From Candidatus Portnoybacteria bacterium RBG_19FT_COMBO_36_7 (GTDB lineage: Bacteria > Patescibacteriota > Minisyncoccia > Portnoybacterales > GWB1-42-6), in contig MHMW01000028.1 of assembly GCA_001819495.1 (NCBI GenBank), positions 5,398 through 69,397 of the forward strand: 64,000 bases of DNA. Direction: 5' to 3'. A program made the translations under genes and the position numbers. Of this stretch, positions 1 through 6,949 are shown in pieces; position 1 is the first letter of the stretch, and each line of letters starts with the position of its first letter. The notes below the pieces were generated by a model that ran no database searches, had not been told where the DNA came from, and saw only the letters and a program-made list of their open reading frames with translations.

Positions 1-47
1 GATATATATTGTTAGTATGTTCACCTCGTGATATTATTAATATAATG

Positions 48-515
48 AAAAAACGCACATGGACAGAGCAACAATTAAAATGCGCGGTTAGAGATTCTTT
101 CAGCTATCGGCGTGTTTTAAATAAATTAGGATTGCGTGAAGCAGGCGGTAATTACAGCCAGATTAAAAAATATATAAAAGAATACCATTTAAATATATCT
201 CATTTTAAAGGAAAGGGTTGGAACGCGGGCATGAGAGGCATAGGTAAACCAATTGTGCCTCTTGAAAAAATTTTAGTTAAAGACAGCTCATTTCAGAGTT
301 TTAAATTAAAAAAAAGGTTATTTGCGGCAGGATTAAAACCTAAGTGCTGCGAAGAGTGTGGTTGGAATAAAATTTCCAATGACGGCAGAATGCCTCTTGA
401 ATTAGACCATATAGATGGTAATAGTAGGGATAATCGTTTAGAAAATATAAGAATTCTTTGTCCGAATTGCCACAGTTTGAAACCGACACATAGAGGACGG
501 AATAGAAAAAAGTAA
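48..515 (+). CDS. HNH endonuclease (His-Me finger), probably a mobile-element or homing-type nuclease. The ORF-track start at 9 is a TTG; the ATG at 48 (MKKRTW...) is the more likely start.
   Basis: The C-terminal motif ELDHIDGNSRDNRLENIRILCPNCH is a classic HNH. There is a TATAAT immediately upstream of the ATG at 48 and no clear RBS. Confidence 0.65.
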   Translation, partial: KKRTWTEQQLKCAVRDSFSYRRVLNKLGLREAGGNYSQIKKYIKEYHLNISHFKGKGWNAGMRGIGKPIVPLEKILVKDSSFQSFKLKKRLFAAGLKPKCCEECGWNKISNDGRMPLELDHIDGNSRDNRLENIRILCPNCHSLKPTHRGRNRKK

Positions 516-519
516 ATTT

Positions 520-602
520 GCCGCCGTGGCGGAATTGGCATACGCACGACACTTAAAATGTCGCGCCCAAAAGGCATGTGGGTTCAACTCCCACCGGCGG
601 CA
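520..602 (+). tRNA. tRNA-Leu (anticodon UAA), class II with a long variable arm; CCA is not encoded.
   Basis: Hand fold: 7-bp acceptor stem GCCGCCG/CGGCGGC, U8, a 3-bp D-stem with GG in the D-loop, anticodon stem CGACA/TGTCG with loop CTTAAAA (U33, anticodon TAA, A37), a 14-nt variable arm with a 3-bp stem, T-stem GTGGG/CCCAC with T-loop TTCAACT, and discriminator A73. Confidence 0.85.
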
Positions 603-614
603 CAATAAGCTAGT

Positions 615-639
615 GTGGGTTCTATTCCCACCCCGGGCA
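615..639 (+). repeat. Imperfect direct repeat of the tRNA-Leu 3' end (T-arm plus acceptor 3' strand), 12 bp downstream of the tRNA. Possible att-site or remnant of a second tRNA.
   Basis: GTGGGTTCTATTCCCACCCCGGGCA closely resembles GTGGGTTCAACTCCCACCGGCGGCA at 578-602. Confidence 0.45.
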
Positions 640-778
640 CTATCCTTCGCTAAAGCTACGGAATAGCAAGCCAAATATCTAATTTCAATAATTCGGATGT
701 CAGGCCTTACGTAGCCTTGGCGTAGTAGGCCACCCCAGGCACCAGTATTTGACTTTCGGGAATATCAAACAAAAATAA

Positions 779-806
779 CCGCTTTTGAAGCGGCTATTTT
801 TGTTTA
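779..806 (+). terminator. Rho-independent terminator.
   Basis: Hairpin CCGCTT-ttg-AAGCGG followed by CTATTTTTGTTT. Confidence 0.6.
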
Positions 807-995
807 GTGGATTATGTTAAAAATTATTTAATAATTTGCTCGGGCAATAGAAAAAAAATTTCATAACACTTTTATTAAATATTTAAAAAGCTTTATTATA
901 CTGCACTATTTATAATAAATTATATCATAGATACAATATGATATTTCTAACGGGGTGGATAACTAAAATTAAAAAATAGGATATAATTAAATTAA

Positions 996-1601
996 ATGAA
1001 AAACTCTGATTTTAAAGAGACAATAGAACGCCTCAGGAAATTGGATGCCAGGACAAGAGGCGATTTGCTGGATGTGGCTGACGATTATCTTAAAAAAACC
1101 GGCAAGGCGGAGCTTTTGGAAAAAATTGTCGCCAAAACCGCCGATTATGGTTATTCTCTGACCTTCAAAGAGATTCATGCGATGAGATGGTATCCGGTGG
1201 CCATGGAAATCGCTCTTTTTTTCTCAATGATAGAGATTCTTGGCTGGGAAGAAAAAGATATAAAAGAATTCGGCAAAAGCTTTGTGAAGATCTCATTTAT
1301 CGAAAGAATTTTAGCTAAATATTTCATCGCGGTGGAAAAAACATATCAGCAAGCGCCGGTTATCTGGAGGCGGCATATGGATTCAGGAGAGCTGGAAACT
1401 CATGAATTTAACAAAGCAAAAAAATACTGTGTTTTAAGGCTAAAGGGGCTGGACCTGCACCCGCTATATTGCATATTTTTGGCAGGGATGTTTGAGGGCA
1501 TGGCCGATTTCATCACCGGTTCAAAAATAAACCGCTGTCAAGAGTCACAATGTGTTTTTAGAGGCGATGATTATCACGAGTTTATCGTCAGCTGGGAATA
1601 A
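996..1601 (+). CDS. V4R-domain-like ligand-binding protein (COG1719-like), paralog A of a tandem pair.
   Basis: The C-terminal NRCQESQCVFRGDDYHEFIV resembles the V4R Cys/Glu/Cys motif. It shares a WYP...K.Y...W.EF architecture with the next ORF. Confidence 0.4.
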   Translation: MKNSDFKETIERLRKLDARTRGDLLDVADDYLKKTGKAELLEKIVAKTADYGYSLTFKEIHAMRWYPVAMEIALFFSMIEILGWEEKDIKEFGKSFVKISFIERILAKYFIAVEKTYQQAPVIWRRHMDSGELETHEFNKAKKYCVLRLKGLDLHPLYCIFLAGMFEGMADFITGSKINRCQESQCVFRGDDYHEFIVSWE

Positions 1602-1620
1602 AATTAATTAAATAAATTTT

Positions 1621-2214
1621 ATGGATGAGGCAGTATTAAAAAAACTGAAAGAGATACCCGGCGAGGTGAGGGGAGTGACCATGCAGACCGACGCCAATTA
1701 TGTCTTAAGAAAGATAGGAGAGGAAGGGCTGGCAAAGCTGCAGCAAAAAACCAAGCAATTGGGCTGGGAAATAGATTATAAGCATATCAAGACTATGGGC
1801 TGGTATCCTTTGGGGCAAAGGGTTGTTTCTCTGCTGGCCGCCAAAGAAACTTTTGGCTGGGGCGATAAAGAAATTCAGGATATGGGCAACTGCGCGCCCA
1901 AATATTCTTTTATTGCCAGCACCATGCTCAAATACTTTTTGTCAGTTTCTAAAGTTTTTCAGGAAGCGGCCAGATACTGGGACAAACACTACAGCGTGGG
2001 GAAACTGGTGCCCGTTAAAATTGACGAGAAAAATAAATTTGCGCTTCTGAGATTAAAAGATTTTAACGTGGATCCGGTTTTCTGTCCTTATTTTACCGGC
2101 TATTTTTTAAGGATAAGCCAGATGGTCATCAAAAGCGAAAAAATTACTGCCGAGGAAACAGAATGTCCTTCTAAAGGGGGCCAATGGCACGAATTTTTAA
2201 TGAAATGGGTATAA
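1621..2214 (+). CDS. V4R-domain-like ligand-binding protein, paralog B of the tandem pair.
   Basis: Collinear weak similarity to 996-1601 (MGWYP, KYF..V.K..Q, ECPSKGGQWHEFLMKW). Confidence 0.4.
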   Translation: MDEAVLKKLKEIPGEVRGVTMQTDANYVLRKIGEEGLAKLQQKTKQLGWEIDYKHIKTMGWYPLGQRVVSLLAAKETFGWGDKEIQDMGNCAPKYSFIASTMLKYFLSVSKVFQEAARYWDKHYSVGKLVPVKIDEKNKFALLRLKDFNVDPVFCPYFTGYFLRISQMVIKSEKITAEETECPSKGGQWHEFLMKWV

Positions 2215-2810
2215 TGGAAAAATCAGGAGTTAAAAAAAACAAAGACCGCGATGTATATTCGGACATAAGTGAGGAGCTGGAAGAACTTGAACGATATATC
2301 GGCGAACTCTCCACTTTTATGCCGACGCCTTTTTGCATTGTCAATCCGTCTGACATGATTTTGAATATTAACAAGGCATTTTGCGATTTGACCGGATATG
2401 ATGAGCTGGAAATTGTTGGGGAGCAGATTTACAAGATATTTGAGAGCAATGAAGAAGCAGAGATTCTGAGAGAAAAAGTTTTGAAAGACGGACTGGTTCG
2501 GGGGCAAGAAATGATATTGGTTACCCGAAGCGGGAAAAAGATAAATATCAGCGTTTCGGCTTCTTTGAGAAGAGACCAAGACGATGAAATAATCGGTTAT
2601 TTTTTCGCCTTTTCGGATATAAGCGAGCTCAAAAAAATGCAACGGCAGCTGGAGCAAAAAGTTGAAGAAAGAACCAGGGAATTGAGCGAAAAGATCAGTG
2701 AGCTTGAAAGATTCAATCAGCTGGCAATCGGCCGAGAATTAAAAATGGTAGAGCTGAAAAGCGAAATAGAAAATCTTAGGGACCAGCTTGAAAAGATTAA
2801 AGGAAAATGA
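2184..2810 (+). CDS. Stand-alone PAS-domain sensor protein with a C-terminal coiled coil (ERTRELSEK linker) ending in a GRELKMVELK motif; no output domain.
   Basis: PAS-like core (NPSDMILNINKAFCDLTGYDELEIVGEQI ... DDEIIGYFFAFSDISE). The linker motif EERTREL is typical of PAS-histidine kinases. AAGGGGG lies 3 nt before the ATG. Confidence 0.6.
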   Translation: MARIFNEMGIMEKSGVKKNKDRDVYSDISEELEELERYIGELSTFMPTPFCIVNPSDMILNINKAFCDLTGYDELEIVGEQIYKIFESNEEAEILREKVLKDGLVRGQEMILVTRSGKKINISVSASLRRDQDDEIIGYFFAFSDISELKKMQRQLEQKVEERTRELSEKISELERFNQLAIGRELKMVELKSEIENLRDQLEKIKGK

Positions 2811-2841
2811 CCTTTTTAATTGCGCATTATCTATGTAAAAC

Positions 2842-2870
2842 AAAAAAGGCCTTCAAGGCCTTTTTTGTTT
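2842..2870. terminator. Bidirectional rho-independent terminator between convergent genes.
   Basis: AAAAAAGGCCTTCAAGGCCTTTTTTGTTT. Confidence 0.7.
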
Positions 2871-2873
2871 AAT

Positions 2874-3515
2874 TTATGATTCAAGGATTTCCACTGTCAG
2901 ATATTTTACTCCAAACTGCAGGGCCTGGGAGCGGGATTCCATCCAGATATCTATTTTGTGACTGTTTCGTTTAGCCATCCTGTCTTCAACGACAAAGATC
3001 TTGTCGCCGTAAATTTCAGGGAACCTGACCATGGTGCCGAATTTAAGAAAATTACAGGCTACGATTCCGTCGCGAACGGTGGAACCAGCCGCGGTTATAA
3101 ACGGCGAACTGTCGGTCTGGTCGGGGGTGCTGGAATAGGCAGTGGTAATCACTTTCTTGGTTTCATTAATTGAAACATCGGGAACAATAGGAGTCTCAAG
3201 ATTAGATATTTCGGCTTCGTTTTTTTTCTGAAACAGCGGACTCATTTGGCCGGCTATGACTGAATCATAGATAAGCGTCAAAAAACCATAATCCAAACCA
3301 AACGCTTGGGTGAACGAATATATTGGCATAGTCGTGCCTTCCAATGCCAGCAAAGCCGGCTTTTGACAGGATATTGTTTCGTCTTGGGCAGATGTGGCTT
3401 TAACGGGTAAAAATCCTGAAACACTCAAATACATTATTCCGACCAGTACCATGTATTTGGGCAGATTGGCTACTTGTTGAAATAGTGCGTATTTAATTGT
3501 GGTTAATTTAGTCAT
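2874..3515 (-). CDS. Secreted 3D-domain (MltA/YuiC-like, double-psi beta-barrel) cell-wall-binding protein. I put the likely start at MTKLT (3515) rather than the ORF-track start at 3650.
   Basis: The C-terminal GSTVRDGIVAC..LKFGTMVRFPE..GDKIFVVEDRMA..HKIDIW matches 3D-domain signatures. Hydrophobic signal-like segment MTKLTTIKYALFQQ...MVLVGIMYLSVSGF. Confidence 0.55.
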   Translation of the reverse strand: MTKLTTIKYALFQQVANLPKYMVLVGIMYLSVSGFLPVKATSAQDETISCQKPALLALEGTTMPIYSFTQAFGLDYGFLTLIYDSVIAGQMSPLFQKKNEAEISNLETPIVPDVSINETKKVITTAYSSTPDQTDSSPFITAAGSTVRDGIVACNFLKFGTMVRFPEIYGDKIFVVEDRMAKRNSHKIDIWMESRSQALQFGVKYLTVEILES

Positions 3516-3915
3516 AAGTTTAAAAATATTTATCCTAGGCCTAAGTGGCCTTTTTGGCTTGTTTCCCTTATAAAAAAGGAATAAACCAAACAAAAAACCC
3601 CGTTTGTTTGGGGAATATGAGATTATAGCATGCCAGGAGGCAAAAGTCAAGATTTTGTGGTAGAAGCTACTCTAGACTAGCTCCTTTCGGTTTTGCACAT
3701 AATACGCTGTTAAATTGGCTGAAAAGAAAAAAATAAAATATTTTAGTGAAGAGCTTAAAGCTACATTATCAAAACTTGGTGTTGAGGTTATTCTTTTTGA
3801 GAATAGACTTGTTTCTTTGCCAAAAAGGAAAATAATAAAGTGGTATTTTTTTGCCTTTTTAAATCGGCTCGTTTTTTTGTTTGGGGAGAGACTGATGTTA
3901 TAATAATCAAAAATT

Positions 3916-4106
3916 ATGGACTTTGCTTTTTTAATACATTCAAGGACTATACTGATGTTCAGAGAAAATTTAAAGTTGCAAAATATCTCCCTAAATCCTG
4001 GGTAGAATTTTGGTGTCTGCATTGGCCGCCAGTGGTGGTGTCTAAAATTGACGGGCTGAAAGATAAAAAGGAGGAGATAAAAAAATCTATTGATTACTGT
4101 GTATAA
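3916..4106 (+). pseudogene. Degenerate, frameshifted copy of the 'mini-gene' repeat (MDFAFLIHS... start plus DYTDVQRKFKVAKYLPKSWVEFWCLHWPP body plus Lys/Glu-rich tail).
   Basis: About 120 bp is nearly identical to 8440-8560. The ATG frame stops after 24 codons because of a 1-nt indel relative to the 8440 copy. Confidence 0.4.
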
Positions 4107-4165
4107 GAAAACCTCCTCAGTTTTTTTAACTTCAGGGGTTTTTGTTAAGATTGTTTTTCGGAGGA

Positions 4166-4837
4166 TTAAACCGCCATGAGTTGCGCTTCTCGTCCGACCA
4201 ACGAACCGTAACCATTGAAAGCATACCAGAGTTCGGTTGAAAGGACGCTGGAAGCAAGAAAGAGTTGATTGAATTTCGCCCAGGCAACGAAAAGGATAGC
4301 GAAGTCGTCTTTGATATTGCCAGGCCGATTTTCTTCCAAAATCCGGCTAACTTCGCCTTTTTTGACCGCACCTTCGAGGGTCGCGATCATAGTCATAAGC
4401 GACGAGGTTTTCACCGACAGCGATTCAATTAAAGATTCAAAGAGGACCAAAACTTCGCAGAACCCTCCTTTTATCATCTTTTCTGAAATTATTTTCCACG
4501 AGGTCGAGTCCACAAGGCCATTTCCGGCAAGCGATTCTCCTAATTCCCGCAAGTTCAGCTTCCTTAATGTGGGAAGATCTGCGAAATCTTTTTCATCCAT
4601 CTTCTGCCTGATTTTCCCGATCATCTTTGTGGCTCCCGTGAGAGATTGCATGGAGAAATTCAGGTGCTTGCTGATAACGGAGGTATCGCCATTTTGGCCG
4701 TTCAGCTCAGCAAGGATAACATCTTCAAGGGCAACATTGCCCAACTCAAGCTCTGCATAAGCTAAGCTCAGAAACCGCGAAAGTCTCGTTGATTCCGCCA
4801 AATAAATATGACATGGTTGATGATTTTTTCCACCCAT
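4166..4837 (-). CDS. Hypothetical protein.
   Basis: 223-aa ORF with GGAGA upstream of the ATG. No recognisable motif. Confidence 0.45.
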   Translation of the reverse strand: MGGKNHQPCHIYLAESTRLSRFLSLAYAELELGNVALEDVILAELNGQNGDTSVISKHLNFSMQSLTGATKMIGKIRQKMDEKDFADLPTLRKLNLRELGESLAGNGLVDSTSWKIISEKMIKGGFCEVLVLFESLIESLSVKTSSLMTMIATLEGAVKKGEVSRILEENRPGNIKDDFAILFVAWAKFNQLFLASSVLSTELWYAFNGYGSLVGREAQLMAV

Positions 4838-4914
4838 AACTTTTCTCCTTTCTTTGTATTTTCAGTAATTCAAAAAAATTCACGCCTTGATCGATTAAAT
4901 CACCACCTCCTTTT

Positions 4915-5352
4915 TTATGAAAAGAGCTTACTGACTTGCTTTTTTGTCAGATACATATAAGAAAGACGGGGATCGCAATAATGTCTTCCTTTTTTTATCT
5001 TTCCTTTATCTATTTCTAAAACAACAACTAAAGGAGTTCTATAAACCTTTTTTGTCTTTGGATCTGGATAACTTTCAATCATTTCAACCATAACAACTTC
5101 CTGGCCCTCCGCGATATTTTTTATATCATATTCTCTGCCTTTTATTGGATAGACTACAGCCAACTCATTCTTTATATCCACCGAAGTTTTAGGAAATAAT
5201 CTGTCGTTTTTCCCTTGATAAACCCAAGTCATGGTATAACCGGCCTTCATTTTTTTTAAGGCAGCCTTAACATCGCCCTTGATTTCATCATTTAATATAT
5301 CAAGAACGGTTTTTACATTATTAGTTATTTTTATATTTTTAGGAATTCTCAT
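4915..5352 (-). CDS. Hypothetical small protein, possibly NTF2/SnoaL-like fold. The ORF-track N-terminal extension to 5505 runs into a non-coding repeat and is probably not translated.
   Basis: ORF from MRIPKNIKI... The upstream 150 nt is the promoter-like direct repeat. Confidence 0.35.
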   Translation of the reverse strand: MRIPKNIKITNNVKTVLDILNDEIKGDVKAALKKMKAGYTMTWVYQGKNDRLFPKTSVDIKNELAVVYPIKGREYDIKNIAEGQEVVMVEMIESYPDPKTKKVYRTPLVVVLEIDKGKIKKGRHYCDPRLSYMYLTKKQVSKLFS

Positions 5353-5433
5353 AATGTTGACCCAAATATTACACACAAAAGTCCGTTTGTCAATCTTGGG
5401 CGGATAGGGCAATTTTTGCCATCTGAGATGGGG

Positions 5434-5505
5434 TTTTTGTTTAGGGCGGGGTGGATGATTGAACAACTTCACGCCTGGCAGGCGAAAGTGATATAATAGA
5501 AGCAA
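5434..5505 (+). promoter_or_regulatory. Copy 1 of a ~70-bp direct repeat carrying an extended -10 promoter (TGATATAAT), upstream of the small gene pair at 5572-6035.
   Basis: TTTTTGTTTAGGGCGGGGTGGATGATTGAACAACTTCACGCCTGGCAGGCGAAAGTGATATAATAGAAGCAA; copy 2 at 6077-6150. Confidence 0.5.
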
Positions 5506-5571
5506 ACTTCCCTTGAAAGGTACACTATCTGATACTTGACTTTTTAAAATTTCGGACTAAAATGTAACTGT

Positions 5572-5748
5572 ATGAAAAAAATTATATCAAAAGATAAAAC
5601 TCAAGCCGGCCTTATAAAGCGAATAGAAAATTTACTGTCTGAGCAGACAGGTATAATTTTATCTGCAGTCGACCAAAAAGTCGCGAAGCTAGAAAAAAGA
5701 ATTGATGATTTTGACTTTTTAATATATTCAGCTAAAATCAAATCATGA
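5572..5748 (+). CDS. Small coiled-coil protein (58 aa), paralogous to the next ORF and translationally coupled to it through an ATGA overlap.
   Basis: Hand-translated: MKKIISKDKTQAGLIKRIENLLSEQTGIILSAVDQKVAKLEKRIDDFDFLIYSAKIKS. It was too short for the ORF track. Confidence 0.4.
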   Translation: MKKIISKDKTQAGLIKRIENLLSEQTGIILSAVDQKVAKLEKRIDDFDFLIYSAKIKS

Positions 5749-6035
5749 AAAAAGAGCAAACCATTACCAAGGATTATCTTGAAAAAACCCTTGATAAACG
5801 ACTGTCGCAACAGGCGCAGGTTATTATTGCGGCGGTTGACAGTGTGCTCCAAAAAAGGCTGGAAAAAGTAAAAACGGAATTGAAAAACGATATTAATAAC
5901 GTCCAAACCCTGATTGACGGCTACGTCAAAGCACAGGAAGATTTTAAGCAGGAATTTGTTATTCTGAAAGAGGAAGTGAAACAGATAAAACAGGTGCTAA
6001 AGAAAAAACTGGGAGTAGAAATCCAAGCTTTCTAG
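5745..6035 (+). CDS. Small coiled-coil protein (96 aa), paralog of 5572-5748.
   Basis: LS.Q.QVIIAAVDSVLQKRLEK mirrors LSEQTGIILSAVDQKVAKLEK. A terminator hairpin GCCATCCCTTGATGGC plus T-run follows. Confidence 0.5.
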   Translation: MKKEQTITKDYLEKTLDKRLSQQAQVIIAAVDSVLQKRLEKVKTELKNDINNVQTLIDGYVKAQEDFKQEFVILKEEVKQIKQVLKKKLGVEIQAF

Positions 6036-6076
6036 TTTCGTCAAATAAAACTAACCACAAGCCATCCCTTGATGGC

Positions 6077-6150
6077 TTTTTTTGTTTGGGGCGGGGTGGA
6101 TGATTGGGCAACTTCACGCCTGACGGGGGAAAGTGATATAATAGAAGCAA
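6077..6150 (+). promoter_or_regulatory. Copy 2 of the 70-bp promoter-bearing direct repeat.
   Basis: TTTTTGTTTGGGGCGGGGTGGATGATTGGGCAACTTCACGCCTGACGGGGGAAAGTGATATAATAGAAGCAA. Confidence 0.5.
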
Positions 6151-6188
6151 GTCTTCGCCAATGAAGATAGTTTAAGATTTGTAAAATG

Positions 6189-6259
6189 CCAAGCAGTGAA
6201 AATTCGACTGCCTGGCGGCAAATAATTTTTAACCTGTCGAATTTCTACTACTTGGTATG
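6189..6259 (+). promoter_or_regulatory. Inverted-repeat leader element (CCAAGCAGTGAAAATTCGAC ... GTCGAATTTCTACTACTTGG) ending at an ATG (MDFAFL... ORFlet). It is a paralog of the element in the dnaA 5' leader.
   Basis: About 20-bp imperfect inverted arms. The same arms (CCAGGTAGTGAAAATTCGAC / GTCGAATTTCTATTACCTGG) sit at 54148-54277, immediately before the dnaA ATG. Confidence 0.45.
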
Positions 6260-6342
6260 GACTTTGCGTTTTTAATACATTTACGCCTAAATTAAAAATC
6301 CCTCATTGATAGGGATTTTTTGATACAGTGAGCAATAATAAG

Positions 6343-6888
6343 TTAAGATTTTTTCTTTCTGTATTCTTCTTTAAATTTCAAAAATTTATTTTTAAGATCG
6401 TTAAATTTTTTTATACCGATATTCCAAGAGTCTAATCCTTTATCAAAAATAACAAATTGATGATAAGCAATCTGTATAGCACCTTCCTCGGGATTAACAA
6501 TATACCACTTGCTATCAATAAAACATTCGGCAAAAATATGCCCTTCAATGTATTTTTCGTCTCCTATATCTAACCATTTTCGCCTTATTGCCTCAACATA
6601 TACGGTAGGGATTTTTCTTACCCTGGCAAAAGCAATAAAAACCAAGGCATAATCAGTGCAGCCGGTGGTGACTTTGCTTTTTATTATTTCATCCGCTGTT
6701 CTCTTTCTAAAAAATTTTTTCTTAAATTCAACTGAATCTGTATCTTTGATATTTTTCTGCACCCATTGTAGCATCTCAAAAATAAGTTCAAGCCCCTCGT
6801 TTTTAAAAGTCGAGGCTATCTCAATAATTTTAGGTGTAATTTCGGTCTGCTGACCACTTTTTAAATATTTTTTAATTTGTTTATTCAT
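6343..6888 (-). CDS. Transglutaminase-like cysteine peptidase domain protein.
   Basis: GCTDYALVF (Cys), GHIFAEC (His) and a downstream Asp give the Cys-His-Asp transglutaminase-like core. Confidence 0.6.
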   Translation of the reverse strand: MNKQIKKYLKSGQQTEITPKIIEIASTFKNEGLELIFEMLQWVQKNIKDTDSVEFKKKFFRKRTADEIIKSKVTTGCTDYALVFIAFARVRKIPTVYVEAIRRKWLDIGDEKYIEGHIFAECFIDSKWYIVNPEEGAIQIAYHQFVIFDKGLDSWNIGIKKFNDLKNKFLKFKEEYRKKKS

Positions 6889-6949
6889 GCGATTAATATA
6901 GCAAATTGGTATAAAAAAGAAAAGGGACCGGAATTTTCCGATCCCTCAA

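Noticed and set aside
640-776. Assigning the structured stretch after tRNA-Leu to a named RNA family (tmRNA, SRP RNA, 6S).
   Set aside because: I could not match the conserved motifs of any of these by inspection (no tmRNA tag ORF or CCA-acceptor pairing, no SRP domain-IV GGAA/AGG motif). It is left as an unassigned candidate in the findings.
3672-4106. Three overlapping ORFs (3672-4022 minus, 3715-3903 plus, 3840-4106 plus) in an AT-rich spacer.
   Set aside because: No RBS, low-complexity translations and mutual overlap. The region is better explained as non-coding DNA containing a decayed copy of the mini-gene repeat.
4269-4760. 163-aa plus-strand ORF.
   Set aside because: Entirely antisense to the better-supported 4166-4837 minus-strand gene, which has an RBS. 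Ser/Pro/Phe-rich composition typical of a reverse-strand artefact.
4915-5505. Full 196-aa ORF-track extension of the minus-strand gene, and the similar 5959-6150 ORF (both beginning MLLLYHF..PGVKL.NHPPRPKQK).
   Set aside because: The shared N-terminal 'protein' is just the translation of the 70-bp promoter-bearing direct repeat on the opposite strand. It is a repeat artefact, not a conserved domain.
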